Counted from the first letter of the stretch, positions 1 to 14,740 are shown. The stretch: 64,000 bases of DNA from an uncultured Hormoscilla sp. (GCA_963921275.4 OZ001293.3:1056001-1120000); one strand, 5' to 3'. The notes: generated by a model from the sequence alone, not told the origin. A program made the numbers and translations.

Positions 1-183
1 TGGCTGAAAAAAGCTGACCGGGATTTTTACGTATTTATACTCAAAGAGCGGGCTCGCTCTAGTATTATAACGCAAGATTGATGTTCAAATGTCCTAGAAA
101 AATTCAGTAATAATCACGATGGTAAATCGGGAGCAAGCAGTAAGAATGGGAAAAGGAATTTTGACGAAAGAGGCGGAAAACCA

Positions 184-959
184 ATGAAGGGACTAGAAGA
201 AACCTATTTGTTTTTACCAGACTTTCAATGGGATCTTTCCGGCCAGTTGCTGGGGCCATTATTAGAACCGGCGGCCCATCATCAGGGAACTGGCAGTGGT
301 GGGGTGGTAGAAGATGAGTTGATGATACGGGAAACTGCTGCTCCGAGAAAATTAGATAAAATAGAGCGTCCCATTGGCGGCTTCAGTTCTGAGCCATTGC
401 TGTCGGAGGAATTTGAAGAAAATTTAGCGAGCGCCAGACAGACCTCATAACAGGAAAAAAGGTCCGGCAAGTGCCGGTCAGACCTCGTGCAGAGGTTCTG
501 CAAGTATCTAATGAGAAAGGGGGAATTGACGGACAGAATTATACTTTAGAAGTTAGCGCCCCTTCGATGTCTCCTGGGAGCAATATTCGTACTACCCAGG
601 AGACATCGCCACCCAATCGATCGCCCCTATTTAGCTCGTCGCCGGTGGTTGAGGCCAGAGTCAATACAGCATATAGTTACATACCCACAGTTGTAGACCC
701 TGATGGCGACTTCTTGACTATAAGTTTGGTTGATGGACCGGAGGGAATGGCGGTCAACCCCGATACGTTTGAGGTAACTTGGACGCCAACAAGCGACCAG
801 TTGGGGATTGGTGATGTCACCCTGAGGGTAACAGATGGACGGGGTGGGACGGCAGAGCAACAATTTTTGGTTATGGCACTCATTGAAGCAGGAAATGCAC
901 CGCCGACGATTGTATCGTCACCGAAAACGACGGTTGATCGAGGTACTGACTATGTATAG
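184..959 (+). pseudogene. 5' part of the giant Ig/Calx-beta/RHS gene (fragments 184-450 and 471-959)
   Basis: 495-959 is a near copy of the putative-Ig repeat at ~8110-8530 (VLQVS..GGID.QNYTLEVS; ARVNTAYSYIPTV.DPDGD). After removing intron 960-5068 it joins 5069 in frame, but there is a TAG at 957-959 and a stop at 448-450. Confidence 0.75.
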
Positions 960-1197
960 GTGCGATTCGTTTAGCGTAAACTAACTTGACACAAGTCAAG
1001 GAGGGGGACCGCTACCGGGATTTCGTAAGTCCCGAAAACTTACAGGTGATGGTGGTGAAAGCCCGCCCCTCCAGGTGCAGGAGTGACAGCACCCTCCCCA
1101 CGGTAGCGATGGCATCAATCCGTGAAGCGGGAAGGAAAGGCGCTATGGCTGGGAGCCTAGACCGGTCATCGTCGAGCAAGTAACTATGATGAGCGTA

Positions 1198-2033
<836 letters not shown>

Positions 2034-2394
2034 AGCGAAGGTTTGCAACGTCGTAAAGCCTATCCAGTGTAATAAGGCTGATACACTGGCCCAAAAAGGG
2101 AAAGGATACTGGTCATTGGCGGATGTATACCCGACCAATAAGCACTGACAATAAACCCGGCGTAGAGAACCCGTCTAAGGTTACGACCAATCATCTGTAG
2201 GAACGAAGTAACCCGGTTGTAGCACTCTCCATCACCGGTCGATAGATAGAGTAGCCACCACAGGCGTAACATCTGCTCTCCGGAAGGCAGGACGCAACTG
2301 GGGGAGATTGAGTGGAGAAGCAAATGCCTGTCTGTAATGGATAGGATAAGCTGACGCCCTCACGGTCTCGTCAATTGTGAAGTTGTAAGTAGTA

Positions 2395-5062
2395 GTGAAT
2401 ATGTCACGGAACTTAGTCGAAAGACAAGAGTATGAATGGAAGACTGTCGCCTGGCGAAAGCTGGAAAGGATAGTTTTTAAGCTGCAAAAGCGAATTTACA
2501 GAGCGGCACTGGAAGGTAATAAGCAGAAGGTTCGTAAGCTCCAAGGATTACTAAATAGGTCATGGTCCGCGAAGATGATAGCGGTACGGCAGGTAACACA
2601 ACAAAACCAGGGAAAGAAGACGGCTGGTGTGGATGGTGTGAAAGCACTGACCCCAAAAGAACGTATCGAACTGGTAGGTCAAATCAAAGTTACTCGAAAG
2701 GCGAAGGCAAAAGCCACACGAAGAGTGTGGATACCGAAGCCACGAAGGGAGGAGAAGCGGCCATTAGGAATACCAACGATGCACGACCGCGCACTTCAGG
2801 GATTGGTTAAAGAAGCGCTAGAGCCTGAATGGGAAGCGTATATGGAAGCCAATTCCTACGGGTTTAGACCAGGTAGGGGATGTCATGATGCAGTTGCAGC
2901 GATATTCGCTAGCATCAGTCAAAAATCGAAATGGGTGTTAGATGCGGATATTGCGAAGTGTTTCGACGAAATTGACCATTCCGCGCTCCTAAAGAAATTG
3001 AATACTACGTCACCAATCCGTAAACAAATACGGGCATGGCTAAAAGCTGGGGTGATGGACCGGGGAAGGATGGAATCCACAGAAGCCGGAACTCCCCAAG
3101 GTGGGGTTATATCTCCATTACTAGCCAATATAGCTTTACATGGGCTGGAAGGGGTAGTAATGGGTCTCGCTCACACAAAAAGAGAGAAGGAGAAGTTAAC
3201 CGTAGTAAGATATGCGGATGACTTTGTGGTAATACATAATGACCGGTCGATGATTGAGGAAGCTCAAGGAGTGATTGAGGAGTGGTTGAAGGGAATAGGG
3301 CTGGAGCAAAAAGCCGAGAAAACGAAGATATCCCACACATTGGAAGGAGAGAGCCCTGGATTTGACTTCTTAGGGTTCAATATCCGACAATATAAAGTAG
3401 GGAAACACAGAAGCGGCAAACTCTGTAACGGAACCCCCCTAGGATTCAAGACCCTAATCAAGCCTAGCGATAAATCCATAAGGAATCATAAAGAGCAGCT
3501 ATCAGAGATAGTTCGCCGCCATAAAGGGGCACCGCAAACGGCCTTAATAGCAAGACTAAACCCGATGATAAGGGGATGGAGCAACTATTATAGGACGGTG
3601 GTAAGTAAAGAAACTTACAGCTCTATGGATAACTACTTATGGAAGTTGTTATGGCGATGGGCAAAGAGAAGACATCCTAACAAAACGGGCAAATGGATTG
3701 CTAGTAAGTACTGGGGTATGACCGGGAAAGACCGGTGGAGGTTCGCTGGCAAGTCTAAAGAAGATGGAGGAATGAAGCTAAACCGATACTCTGAAACTGA
3801 AATAATCGGATGGGGTCGAGCCGGGAATCGCTTCCCGACCCTCCCTTGAGGAACCGGACTTGCGATTTTCACCGCATCCGGCTACTGGGTACTAGGCCCT
3901 TTTCATAGGTAGACTTAATAGGAATTACTTCCGTTAGCCCTTGCCGCCTGTCTTTTCTTCCCTTTCCTGGTTTAGCGAGTGGTTGTTCTGATAACCGTTA
4001 GTATCACCATTTTCAAGTCAGTTTTACCAGTTATCCATACCTTATCCTCCACTTGCGTTTCGGATTAGTTCCGTGGCTTTTTAGGATTACTCATTCCAGC
4101 AGCTTCCTAGTATCACCGACCCACGTCAGCGCTGGCTACCCAGCATCATCTACATTACTGTAGATGTTATCCCAGGAATTACCCCGGGCATTCGCTTCTT
4201 GGGCCATCCCTCCCCCCGTGGCTTGCGCTTAACATCTAACTTGTCCTGATGGACAGCACACGAGAGGTTACTTCGTTCCCTAACAACATTTCGCGATACC
4301 TTTAGGTCCACACTATACCCCGGGAGCTATTTGAGTACTATATTAGCCAGAGTCTAAAACTAATACTAGCTACCATTTCCTTTTTAGGCCAGCGCATATA
4401 GCCTTATTTCGCTGGTTCCTTATAACGAGGCTTGCACATGTTTGCCTGCTCTAACCTTGGATATCTTTCCTAGCGGCGTCACCGGCTTAGGCTGCCAGTT
4501 ATCCTACATTTGAGTCCTCGCTTAGCACCACGATGATGTCGCTTCGTAGCACCGAGGACCGGTGTCACCCCCGTACCTGGGGGGAGGGGAATTTAACCCC
4601 CATGCGGTCAGAGTTCCCGGCTAATGAAACCGGGCTAGCGTTCCGTGTTTGACCACGTTAGGCTAGAACGAATCGCACAGACACGTAAAGGTTAAGGGGA
4701 CAGCTAGCCCGTTTGACGGTAATCTGGTTTATTGGAGCAAAAGACTGAGAAAAAGCCCGGATGTGAGCGCTAGAGTTATCAGACTGCTAAAAGAGCAGGA
4801 TGGTAAGTGTGTGCACTGCGGACTGAAATTCAAAGATGGCGACAAATGGGAGGTTGACCATATTCTACCAGTTTCTAAAGGAGGTAAAGACTGGTATACC
4901 AACCTACAGTTGCTGCATGATTATTGCCATGATGTAAAGTCTGCCAGAGATGGTGACAAAGGCCGTATCCATGACAAGGATGGCGAAACTGAGGAGCCGG
5001 ATGAGGTGAAAGTCTCACGTCCGGTTCTGAAGACGAGTCGGCGGGGTGACCCGTTGGCTTAG
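2395..5062 (+). pseudogene. ltrA: Group II intron reverse transcriptase/maturase with C-terminal HNH endonuclease, split by an antisense intron
   Basis: RPLGIP, YGFRPGRG, PQGG and YADDF motifs. Joining 2395-3807 to 4679-5062 gives ...ETEII|RHVKVKG..., a 598-codon ORF with CxxC...DHILP...HDYCH (HNH). Confidence 0.93.
3808..4678 (-). mobile_element. ORF-less group II intron inserted antisense into the RT ORF
   Basis: Minus strand starts GTGCGATTCGTTCTAG at 4678. DV TAGCCGGATGCGGTGAAAATCGCAAGTCCGGTTC and DVI ...CTCGACCCCATCC end at 3808. Homologous to 1198-2033; its removal restores the RT frame. Confidence 0.92.
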
Positions 5063-5068
5063 TTTAAT

Positions 5069-8000
5069 CAAGTAGAGGCGATAGATCCGGATGGTGACGA
5101 GTTAACCTATGAGTTAGTATCGGGACCAGAGGGGTTAACAATAGATCCCATGACAGGGGAAATAAGAGGGGGGAGGGATGCTCTTAGAGATGTATCGTTA
5201 GAACGGCGAATCTTTTTTGGAGAAGATTTAGCACTAGCATATTCGGAATCAGAGAGAATTGAAACGCCTAACTCGCTGCAAGCACGGGATGAATTTTTAG
5301 GAGCTTTAACGGGTTGGGAAACGGAAGACTTTGAAAGTTATAATACGGAAGAAATAATAAGAGCATTGAAGTTGGGAGAAGGTAGAGCAGACCTGGTAAA
5401 TGAATCAGGGAAAATCCAAAGAGCTGAAATACAATCAGTAATAGAAGGGGGTGCGATTAGGGGAAGTTTCCCATTATCGGGTATAAATTTTATTAATGAC
5501 TTTCAAAAAGTATATGCTATAGAGTTTGACGAACCAAAATCAGCATTCGGTTTTTTCGTAACTGATGTTGGCGATTTTGAGGGTGAACTGAGTATAGGAT
5601 TAACGTATGAAGATGAATCGAGAGAAGCTCTAGAGGTACCTCATACAATTAATGCGAGGTCAGGGTCAGCGCTATATTTCGGTTTGATAGATGCTGAAAA
5701 GAGTTTTACGAGAATAGAGCTGATTAATACAAGGTATTTCCATGATGCATTTGGATATGACGATATAACGATAGCAACTCCCAAGCCAATTCGCTGTCCA
5801 TTAATTCCGGTCACGGTCAAAGTGAAGGATGACGGTGGAGGCGTAGATACCCAAAGTTTTGACTTGAAGCCCTGCATTAAAGAGAATTTGCTCTCAATTG
5901 AAGATGCAAGGATAACGGAAGGTTCGTCTGGGACGACAGAGGTGGAACTGACGGTCAGTTTGTCCGAGGAAAGCGACCAACCAATTACGGTAGATTTTGC
6001 GACAGTGGAGGGAACGGCGATCGCCCCATCAGATTACACCTCAGCTAGCGGCAGCCTAACCTTTAATCCTGGCGACCCTTTAACTCAGACTATTACTATC
6101 TCGGTATTGCCGGATACAGATATCGAACTGGATGAAACATTTGTGGTAGAATTATCTAACGCAAGGAACGCAACTATAGCGAGAGAGCGGGCGACGGTAA
6201 CTATCATAAATGACGACACGTATTTTGTCTCAATTGAAGATGTAACAATAACGGAAGGTTCTAACGGGACGACAGAGGCAGAACTGACGGTCAGTTTGTC
6301 GGGGGAAAGCGACCAACCTATTACAGTAGATTTTGCGACAGTGGAGGGAACGGCGATCGCCCCATCAGATTACACTGCGGCTAGCGGCACCCTAACCTTT
6401 AATCCTGGCGACCCTTTAACTCAGACTATTACTATTTCGGTATTGCCCGACACAGATGTAGAACTGGATGAGGAATTCGTTGTAGAATTATCTAACGCGA
6501 CGAATGCAACTATAGCGAGGGAGCGGGCAACGGTAACTATCATAAATGATGACACGTATTTTGTCTCGATTGAAGATGCAACAATAACGGAAGGTTCTAA
6601 CGGGACGACAGAGGTGGAACTGACAGTCAGTTTGTCGGGGGAAAGCGACCAACCTATTACAGTAGATTTTGCGACAGTGGAGGGAACGGCGATCGCCCCA
6701 GAAGACTATACTGCCGCTAGCGGCACCCTAACCTTTAATCCTGGCGACCCTTTAACTCAGACTATTACTATTTCGGTATTGCCGGATACAGATGTAGAAC
6801 TGGATGAAACATTTGTTGTAGAATTATTTAACGCGACGAATGCAACTATAGCGAAGGAGCGGGCGACGGTAACTATCATAAATGATGACACGTATTTTGT
6901 CTCGATTGAAGACGTAACGATAACAGAAGGTTCTAACGGGACGACAGAGGTGGAACTGACTGTCAGTTTGTCAGGGCAGGGGAACGAAGCGATTACTGTA
7001 GATTTGGCGACGGGAGATGGAACGGCGATCGCCTCATCAGATTACACGGCCGCTAGCGGCACCCTAACCTTTAATCCTGGCGACCCTTTAACTCAGACTA
7101 TTATTGTTTCGGTATTGCCGGATACAGATGTCGAGCTGGATGAGGAATTTGTTGTAGAATTATCTAACGCGACGAATGCAACTATAGCGAAGGAGCGGGC
7201 AACGGTAACTATCATAAATGACGACAGGTATTTTGTCTCGATTGAAGATGTAACAATAACGGAAGGTTCTTCAGGGACGACAAAGGTGGAACTGACAGTC
7301 AGTTTGTCGGGGGAAAGCGACCAACCTATTACAGTAGATTTTGCAACGGTGGAGGGAACGGCGATCGCCCCAGAAGATTATACGGCAACTAGCGGCACCC
7401 TAACCTTTAATCCTGGCGACCCTTTAACTCAGACTATTACTATTTCGGTATTGCCCGACACAGATGTAGAACTGGATGAGGAATTCGTTGTAGAATTATC
7501 TAACGCGACGAATGCAACTATAGCGAAGGAGCGGGCAACGGTAACTATCATAAATGATGACACGTATTTTGTCTCGATTGAAGATGCAACAATAACGGAA
7601 GGTTCTAACGGGACGACAGAGGTGGAACTGACAGTCAGTTTGTCGGGGGAAAGCGACCAACCTATTACAGTAGATTTTGCGACAGTGGAGGGAACGGCGA
7701 TCGCCCCAGAAGACTATACTGCCGCTAGCGGCACCCTAACCTTTAATCCTGGCGACCCTTTAACTCAGACTATTACTATCTCGGTATTGCCGGATACAGA
7801 TATCGAACTGGATGAAACATTTGTGGTAGAATTATCTAACGCAACGAACGTAACGATATTAGACGCGCAAGCAACGGTAACGGTCATAAATGACGACATT
7901 ATAGCAAACGCGGCTCCCGAATTTACTACTACACCGGTTGATGAAGCTGCGGTAGGCATTGATTATATTTATGAAGCTGGGGCTCACGACTCCGATGGAG

Positions 8001-11000
8001 ACCCACTGACTTACGAGTTATTATCACCACTAGAGGGCATCTCCGTCGATAGGGATACGGGGATTTTAACCTGGAGGACGACAACATCGGACATCGGCAC
8101 CCATTTGATCGTTCTGCAAGTATCTGATGGCTTTGGGGGGATTGACCGACAGAATTATACTTTAGAAGTTAGCACCCCGCCACCTAATCTACCGCCCCTA
8201 TTTACCTCCCCACCAATAGTTGATGCCAGAGTTAATACAGCTTATAGTTACATTCCCACAGTTATAGATCCCGATGGCGACTTGTTGAGTATAAGTTTAG
8301 TGGACGGTCCGGAAGGAATGGTCCTTAACCCCGATACTTTTGAGGTAACTTGGACGCCAACAAGCGACCAGTTGGTAATTTATGATGTCACCCTGAGGGT
8401 AACAGATGGACGGGGTGGGATAGCAGAGCAAAAATTTTCGGTTCTGACACTCCTGGAAGCAGGAAATGCACCGCCTCTGATTGTATCGTCGCCAGAAACG
8501 AAGGTTTATCTCGGTGCTGACTATGTCTATCAAGTAGAGGCTGTAGACCCGGATGCTGACGAGTTAACCTATGAGTTAGTTTCCGGACCAGAGGGGTTAA
8601 CAATCGATCCCATTACAGGCGAAATTATCGGAACCTTCGATGCTATAGGCGGAGAAAAATCATCAGTTACAGTGCAAGTGAAGGATGGTCGGGGAGGCGT
8701 AGATACCCAAAGTTTTGACTTGAATATCAGCGCCAGGGGCAAAATTACAGGTCGTGTTGTCGAAGAGTTAGGAAATCAGGCGAAGACAACTATTGTTTAT
8801 TTTAAGGATTTTGAAAATGCTAAGGATTTATTAACTGAATGGTCAAACCCAGAGATAGCTACAGCTCCAATCAGTTCTCAGCAGTTTCTCGGAGAATACG
8901 GAGGTACATTTTATGAGGATGAACCGTCAAAGAGAAAAGCTACTCTTACACTCACCGACTTAGCAGAACACGATACGGTGACGGTCAACTTCCAATTATA
9001 TATTCTCAAATCCTGGGATGGCTATGCTCAAAGATTTCCCTGGAATGGTCCCGACTTCTGGGAATTAAAGGTCGGAGAAGAAAGCTTACTGCATACGCTT
9101 TTCAGCAATAACGAACAGTATAATGAGCCTCAACAATATCCTGGCAATCTGGGCGAAACACACCCCCCTCATCAGGGAGCTTCCGCAGTGGGAACTCTGG
9201 GATACACTTACTTTGGCAGAGATGCTACCTATGACCTGTCGTTGACATTTGCTCATGACGATTCAACTCTAGAATTGAATTTCCTAGGCGGTTCTAATCA
9301 AGAAATATGGGATGAAAGTTGGGGTTTAGATAATGTTGAGGTCCGAGTGAGTTCTCAACAACCAAAGGGAATCGCTAACGCCTTTGTTTATTTAGATAGC
9401 AATGACAACCGCCAACGAGATCCTGGGGAATTGTTTACTCAAACTGATGAGGAAGGTCGCTACGAATTTATTCTCGAACCAGGGGTTTATACAGTTGCGC
9501 AAAATCACCCTCTAGGTTGGACTCAGGTAACGCCAGAGTTGTCAGTTCATACTGTTACTTTAGAAGACGGTCAAACACTAACAGATTTAGATTTCAGTAA
9601 TAGTGGTAGCGAAGCTGAAAATGAACCACCTGTTTTGATCAGTACGCCTCCAACTGAAGCGGTAATTTGTCTGCCATTTCGATATCGCGCTCTAGCAGAG
9701 GATGGGAATGGAAACCCTTTAAGTTATGCCTTGTTAGTTAAGCCTTCGGGAATGGTTATAGATGAAGGGAGCGGACAGATTGTTTGGACTCTTACTGAAG
9801 AACAACAAGGAGAGACTGCGGTCATTATACAAGTCTCTGACGGTCAGGGGTTGACCGATATACAATCGTTTCAGTTGGGGGTTTTACCATTTAATACTTT
9901 ACCAGTTTTTACTAACCAGACAAAGGGGATAACAGCTAGAGAGAATCAACCGTTTGAATATCAGTTTCAAGCTATTGATGCGGAGGGTTCTCAAATCAAA
10001 TACAGGTTAGAAGGAGAACCGGTCGGGGTGACAATAGATACGGAAACGGGGTTAATTCAATGGACGCCTACAGATTCTCAGGTAGGGAGTCACTCTTTTG
10101 CCGTTATAGCTAGGGATGTGCGCAATGGAGAAGCTATCCAATTAGTAACTATCTCGGTGATGGGGTTGACTACTAATTCTGACCCTCTGATTACGTCTCA
10201 ACCTCGGGAAGGCGTGAAGTTGGGAAGTGATTATCTCTATCAATTAGAGGTGTTTGACCCCGATAATAATCCGCTGGAAATAACGCTGTCCGGCCCAATT
10301 GGGATGGAAATTGATGGGGATGGATTGGTATTCTGGCGACCCACTGCTGTACAATTTGGACCGAATGAGGTGGCGATCGCTGTCTCGGACTCCCTGGGAG
10401 GGGTTACCAGACAAGAGTTTACGATTTCCGTCACATCTCAAGATCCAAACAGTCCGCCGTCAATTACATCGACCCCGAGTTTCGGGGCGGTGGCGGGACA
10501 AGAATACGAATATAATTTGACCGAGACTGACCCGGATGGGGACTTGCTATTGTGGGAACTTACAAAGGCCCCGGCGGGAATGACGCTGGATGCTTTGTCA
10601 GGGTTTTTACACTGGACGCCTGAGGTCTCTCAGGTAGGAAATCATCCTATTGATATCCGGTTGTTAGATAGTCGCGGTGCCTTTACGGGTCAAGCTTTTG
10701 AAATTGATGTGAGGGGTGTAAATACTCCACCCATTATTACATCACCGCCAATTACCGCCGCTGCGGTGGATAAACCTTATGAGTATCAAGTGATAGCAAG
10801 GGATGCAGAAAATGATGTTCTGACTTATAGCTTGACCGGTGCAGTACCCGAGGGCATGACGATTAATAGCGCCACGGGATTGATTTCATGGACGCCGAAG
10901 AACTCTCAGGTAGGGTTGGAGAATGTGTCGGTGCTGGTCTCAGATAGTTTGGGGGCGATCGCTTCTCAAGATTATGGAATAATAGTAGAATCGGTGGCAG

Positions 11001-13966
11001 CTAACCTACCTCCGGCAATTACGTCAGTGCCGATCTACGGTGCGGCGGCGGGAGAGGTTTATTCCTATATGCTTGAGGCGACGGACCCCGAGGGTGAAAG
11101 CTTGACCTATCAATTACTTTCGGGACCGCCAGGGATGAGTCTTAGCGAGACGGGTTTGTTGTCTTGGGAACCCACAGTAGGGGATGTGGGATTGTACGAT
11201 ATCCACCTGGGTGTTGTTGACCCCAAGGGGTTAGGTGGGGCGCAGCAATTTGCTCTCACTGTACGGTCAAATAACGCTCCTAATATTGTTTCAGCACCGG
11301 TGATAACGGCGACACCAGGACTGCTTTATTCCTATCCGGTATTGGCGGTGGATGCAGATAACGATCTGTTGAGTTACAGGTTAGTTAATGGTCCTACGGA
11401 TGCGACAATAGATGCAGCGGGGATTATTAGTTGGATGCCCCGATCGGGTTCTTCTGGCGACGAAGAGTTTTCCGTGAGGGTAACGGATACTTTTGGTGCA
11501 GCTTCTACGCAAAGTTTTACGGTTTCTTTGCAGGGTGACGATACTCCTCCAGAGGTAACCCTATTGCAGAGTTTCAATTTTGTCTATACGGGACAGTCCC
11601 AGACTTTGTGGACTTCTGCGACTGATGATGTGGGGGTAGAAACTCTGGACTTGAGGATAGATGGCGAATTTGTTGCTTTGTCTCCTGATGGGGTGGCGAC
11701 GGTTAGTTTTGATAACCCGGGGTTATATGAGGCGATCGCCACGGCCACGGATGCGGCAGGAAATTCGGCGTCGGCGTCAGCTACCATAGAGGTGTTGGGT
11801 AAAAGTGACGGGTCATCTCCAGTAATAGAACTCGACCCTCTACCGGACGATCTGGTGACCAATGTTATTGAGTTGACGGGTACGATCTCTGACGATAATT
11901 TGGCAGAGTACAGGTTTGAGGTGGCGCCAGTTGGCAGTAATGATTTCGTAACGATATTCACGGGAACTGAAAAGGTAACAGATGGGGTGTTAGGAGAGTT
12001 TGACTCGACTTTATTGCAGAATGATTCTTATACCCTGCGGGTGATAGCAACGGATACTTCTGGAGAGAGTTCTCTTGTTTCCGAAACAGTTGATGTGGGT
12101 GGTGACTTGAAGTTGGGCAATTTCCAACTTAGTTTTACTGACCTGGAGGTGCCAGTTTCGGGCATTCCTATTAGCGTGACCCGCACTTATGATAGTCTGG
12201 GGGTGGGAACGCAAGATGATTTTGGCCCGGGTTGGCGTCTGGAGTTCCGGGATACAGAGCTGCGCACTTCTTTGGGACGGGATGAAATTTATGAGACTGT
12301 TGGCATTCGTTCAAAAGCTTTTACTGATAACACGCGGGTATACGTTACTCTACCTGGTGGGAAGCGGGAAACTTTTACTTTCTCTCCGACGCCCGATCGC
12401 CTGAGTCGGTACGTGACCAGTCCTAATGGCGAGGGCGGTTTGTTCCACCCGGCGTTTACGGCCCAAGATGGTTCCAACAATACTCTGACTGTTAAGGATG
12501 TGTTCCTGACTCGCAACCCTAATGGCGAATATGTGGCCTTGAGTGGCACTCCCTATAACTCGGAAGATTCTTTCTTTGGCGGTTCCTATACTCTTACTAC
12601 TAAGAAAGGTATTGTTTATGAGATCGATGCTACAACCGGTGACTTGCAGACGGTGACCGATCGCAATGGCAATACTCTCATTTATACTGATGAAGGGATC
12701 TCTAGCGATACTGGGGTAGAGGTTATTTTTGAACGGGATGCGCAAGGGAGGATCTCTAGCGTTATTGACCCGGCTGGTGAGAAGATTGTCTACTCCTACG
12801 ATGCCGTTACTGGAAACCTGGTCGGGGTGCGCGATCGGGCCAACAATACTACTACATTTGACTATGAAGCAGAAGAACGTCCCCATTACTTGACGGGAAT
12901 AAACGATCCTCTGGGACGGGAAGCGGTGCGCAACGAGTATGATGAGTCCGGGCGTCTGAAGCGGATCCTGGATGTGAATGGGGAAGCAGTTGAGTTAGAG
13001 TACGATCGGGATAATTATACTCAGACAGTTAAGGATGTGTTTGGAAATTCCACGACCTACGTGTATGATGAGAGGGGGAACGTTCTCACGGAAGTAGATC
13101 CGGTAGGGTTGGTGATCAAACGGACCTATGATGATGACAATAATATGCTGACTGAGACCATCATTACTGATGAAAGCGGTCCGGAAGGGTACACCACCAC
13201 CTACAGTTATGACGGAAATGGAAACTTGCTTTCCACGACCGCTCCTTTAGGAGACACCACTTTCAAGACTTATGACAGTAATAATAACCTGCTTTCAACA
13301 ACAGATTCTCTAGGCAACACCACAAGCTCCACCTACGACAGTCGTGGTAACAAGACTGCCGTTACATACCCTGATGGCTCGGTGGCGACGTTTAGTTACG
13401 ATCGCGCTGGCAATCTGACTGCCATTACTGATGGTGGAACTCTGATGGTCAGCTCTGAGTATGATAACGCTGGTCGCGTAATTCGCCAGGTAGATGCAAA
13501 CGGCGAAGAGACAGCGTTTACCTACGACGCAAATGGTAACCGTCTAACAGAGACAAGGACAGTAGAGGGGCGCACGCTCACCAGTACCCTTACCTACGAT
13601 CGCTCTGGACGGATGACCTCCTACACGGACTTTGGTGGTAATGTATCGAGTTTTGAGTACAATGCTGCTGGAAATCGGATTGCGTCCACAGACGGACTCG
13701 GTCGCCGTACCGAATATCGCTACAACGAAAGCGGAGCACTTGTAGAGACGATTTTCCCTGACGACACGCCAGAGGACATGTCCGATAATCCCAGAACTCG
13801 CATTGAGTACGATGCTGCTGGACGGGAAAAAGCTCGCATTGACCAGCTAGGACGTCGCACAGAATTTATTACGACCCAGTCGGACAGCCGATCTCCACAG
13901 TATTTCCCGACGACACGCCGGACGATCCGCTCGATAATCCCCGCACCCGAACTGAATATAGTCTAG
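5069..13966 (+). pseudogene. Giant surface/secreted protein: Calx-beta repeats, many putative-Ig (cadherin-like) repeats, RHS/YD core; frameshifted and truncated at the 3' end
   Basis: 2938-aa ORF with six Calx-beta units, NxPPxITSxP...YxY...DPDGD Ig repeats and YD..GN/GR repeats. There is a frameshift at ~13868 (the other frame continues YDPVGQPISTVFPDDTP...IDELGNRT), and RHS sequence stops at ~14010 with no core end or toxin tip. Confidence 0.85.
5890..7900 (+). repeat. Six near-identical 336-bp tandem repeats (Calx-beta domains)
   Basis: The unit SIEDxTITEGSxGTT...ATVTIINDD recurs at ~5893, 6229, 6565, 6901, 7237 and 7573. Confidence 0.95.
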
Positions 13967-14014
13967 CTGGCGACGTAGTTGCCCAGATTGACGAGCTGGG
14001 CAACCGAACGGACT

Positions 14015-14644
14015 CTCCAGATTTCTTTGACTGAAAACTTGCAACGGAAAGACCTCAACCCTGTAGAGGAAACAGAAGGAATTTTATCGTTATTATCGAT
14101 TAGACTAGGTTGCTCTGTGGAGGCGGTTGTTTCTATCCTTTATAAACTCCAAAACAAAGTCAAAAAAAAAGTTACGGCTGAGCTTGATGATGCTTCTTTA
14201 GAAGCAGTAACGAATGTTTTTCAAGAATTAGGGTTGATGAGTTGGGAGTCTTTTATCAGCAATCGCCTCCCCTTGCTCAATTTACCCCTTGACATCTTAG
14301 AAGTAATACGTCAAGGTAAAGTATCTTACACTAAAGCTAAAGCGATCGCGTCCCTAAAAGACCAAGAAGCAAGAAGCAAGCTATTGTTTCTTGCTATTGA
14401 TGAAAAATTATCGTTAGCAGCAATCAAAAAAAAAATATCCCAACTAAAGACAAAACAAAAAACAACATCCCCTAAGATTCAAATCAAGGAGATTAGTCGC
14501 CGATTGAACCAAGCTCAGCTCTGGAAAAAAGACCAGAAGCGATGGGAGCGAGTGCAGAGTTATCTGAATAAAATCGAAGCTATATTAACCGAAGGGAAAA
14601 ATCCTCATCCAGAAGATGTCGTTGGTACTGAATCGGATTATTAG
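14015..14644 (+). pseudogene. parB: ParB/Spo0J-family protein, N-terminally truncated
   Basis: QISLTENLQRKDLNPVEETEGIL, NRLPLLNLPLDILEVIRQGKVSYTKA; the N-terminal Box I/II (GERR) region is absent and the sequence abuts RHS repeats. Confidence 0.8.
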
Positions 14645-14740
14645 CAATCCAGTTAAAATTGTGGAAAGGGGCGTTGAATAAACCTAACGCATTGATATTG
14701 ATACCCATGCAACAGTGTGTAAAAATGTGGTAAGATAAGA

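Noticed and set aside
2395..5062. RT as a retron, DGR or defence RT
   Set aside because: It has maturase and HNH domains and sits inside a complete group II ribozyme; no template/variable repeat pair was seen.
13979..14644. ParB-like ORF as the RHS immunity protein
   Set aside because: No toxin tip precedes it, and its first residues are out-of-frame RHS sequence joined to a truncated ParB.
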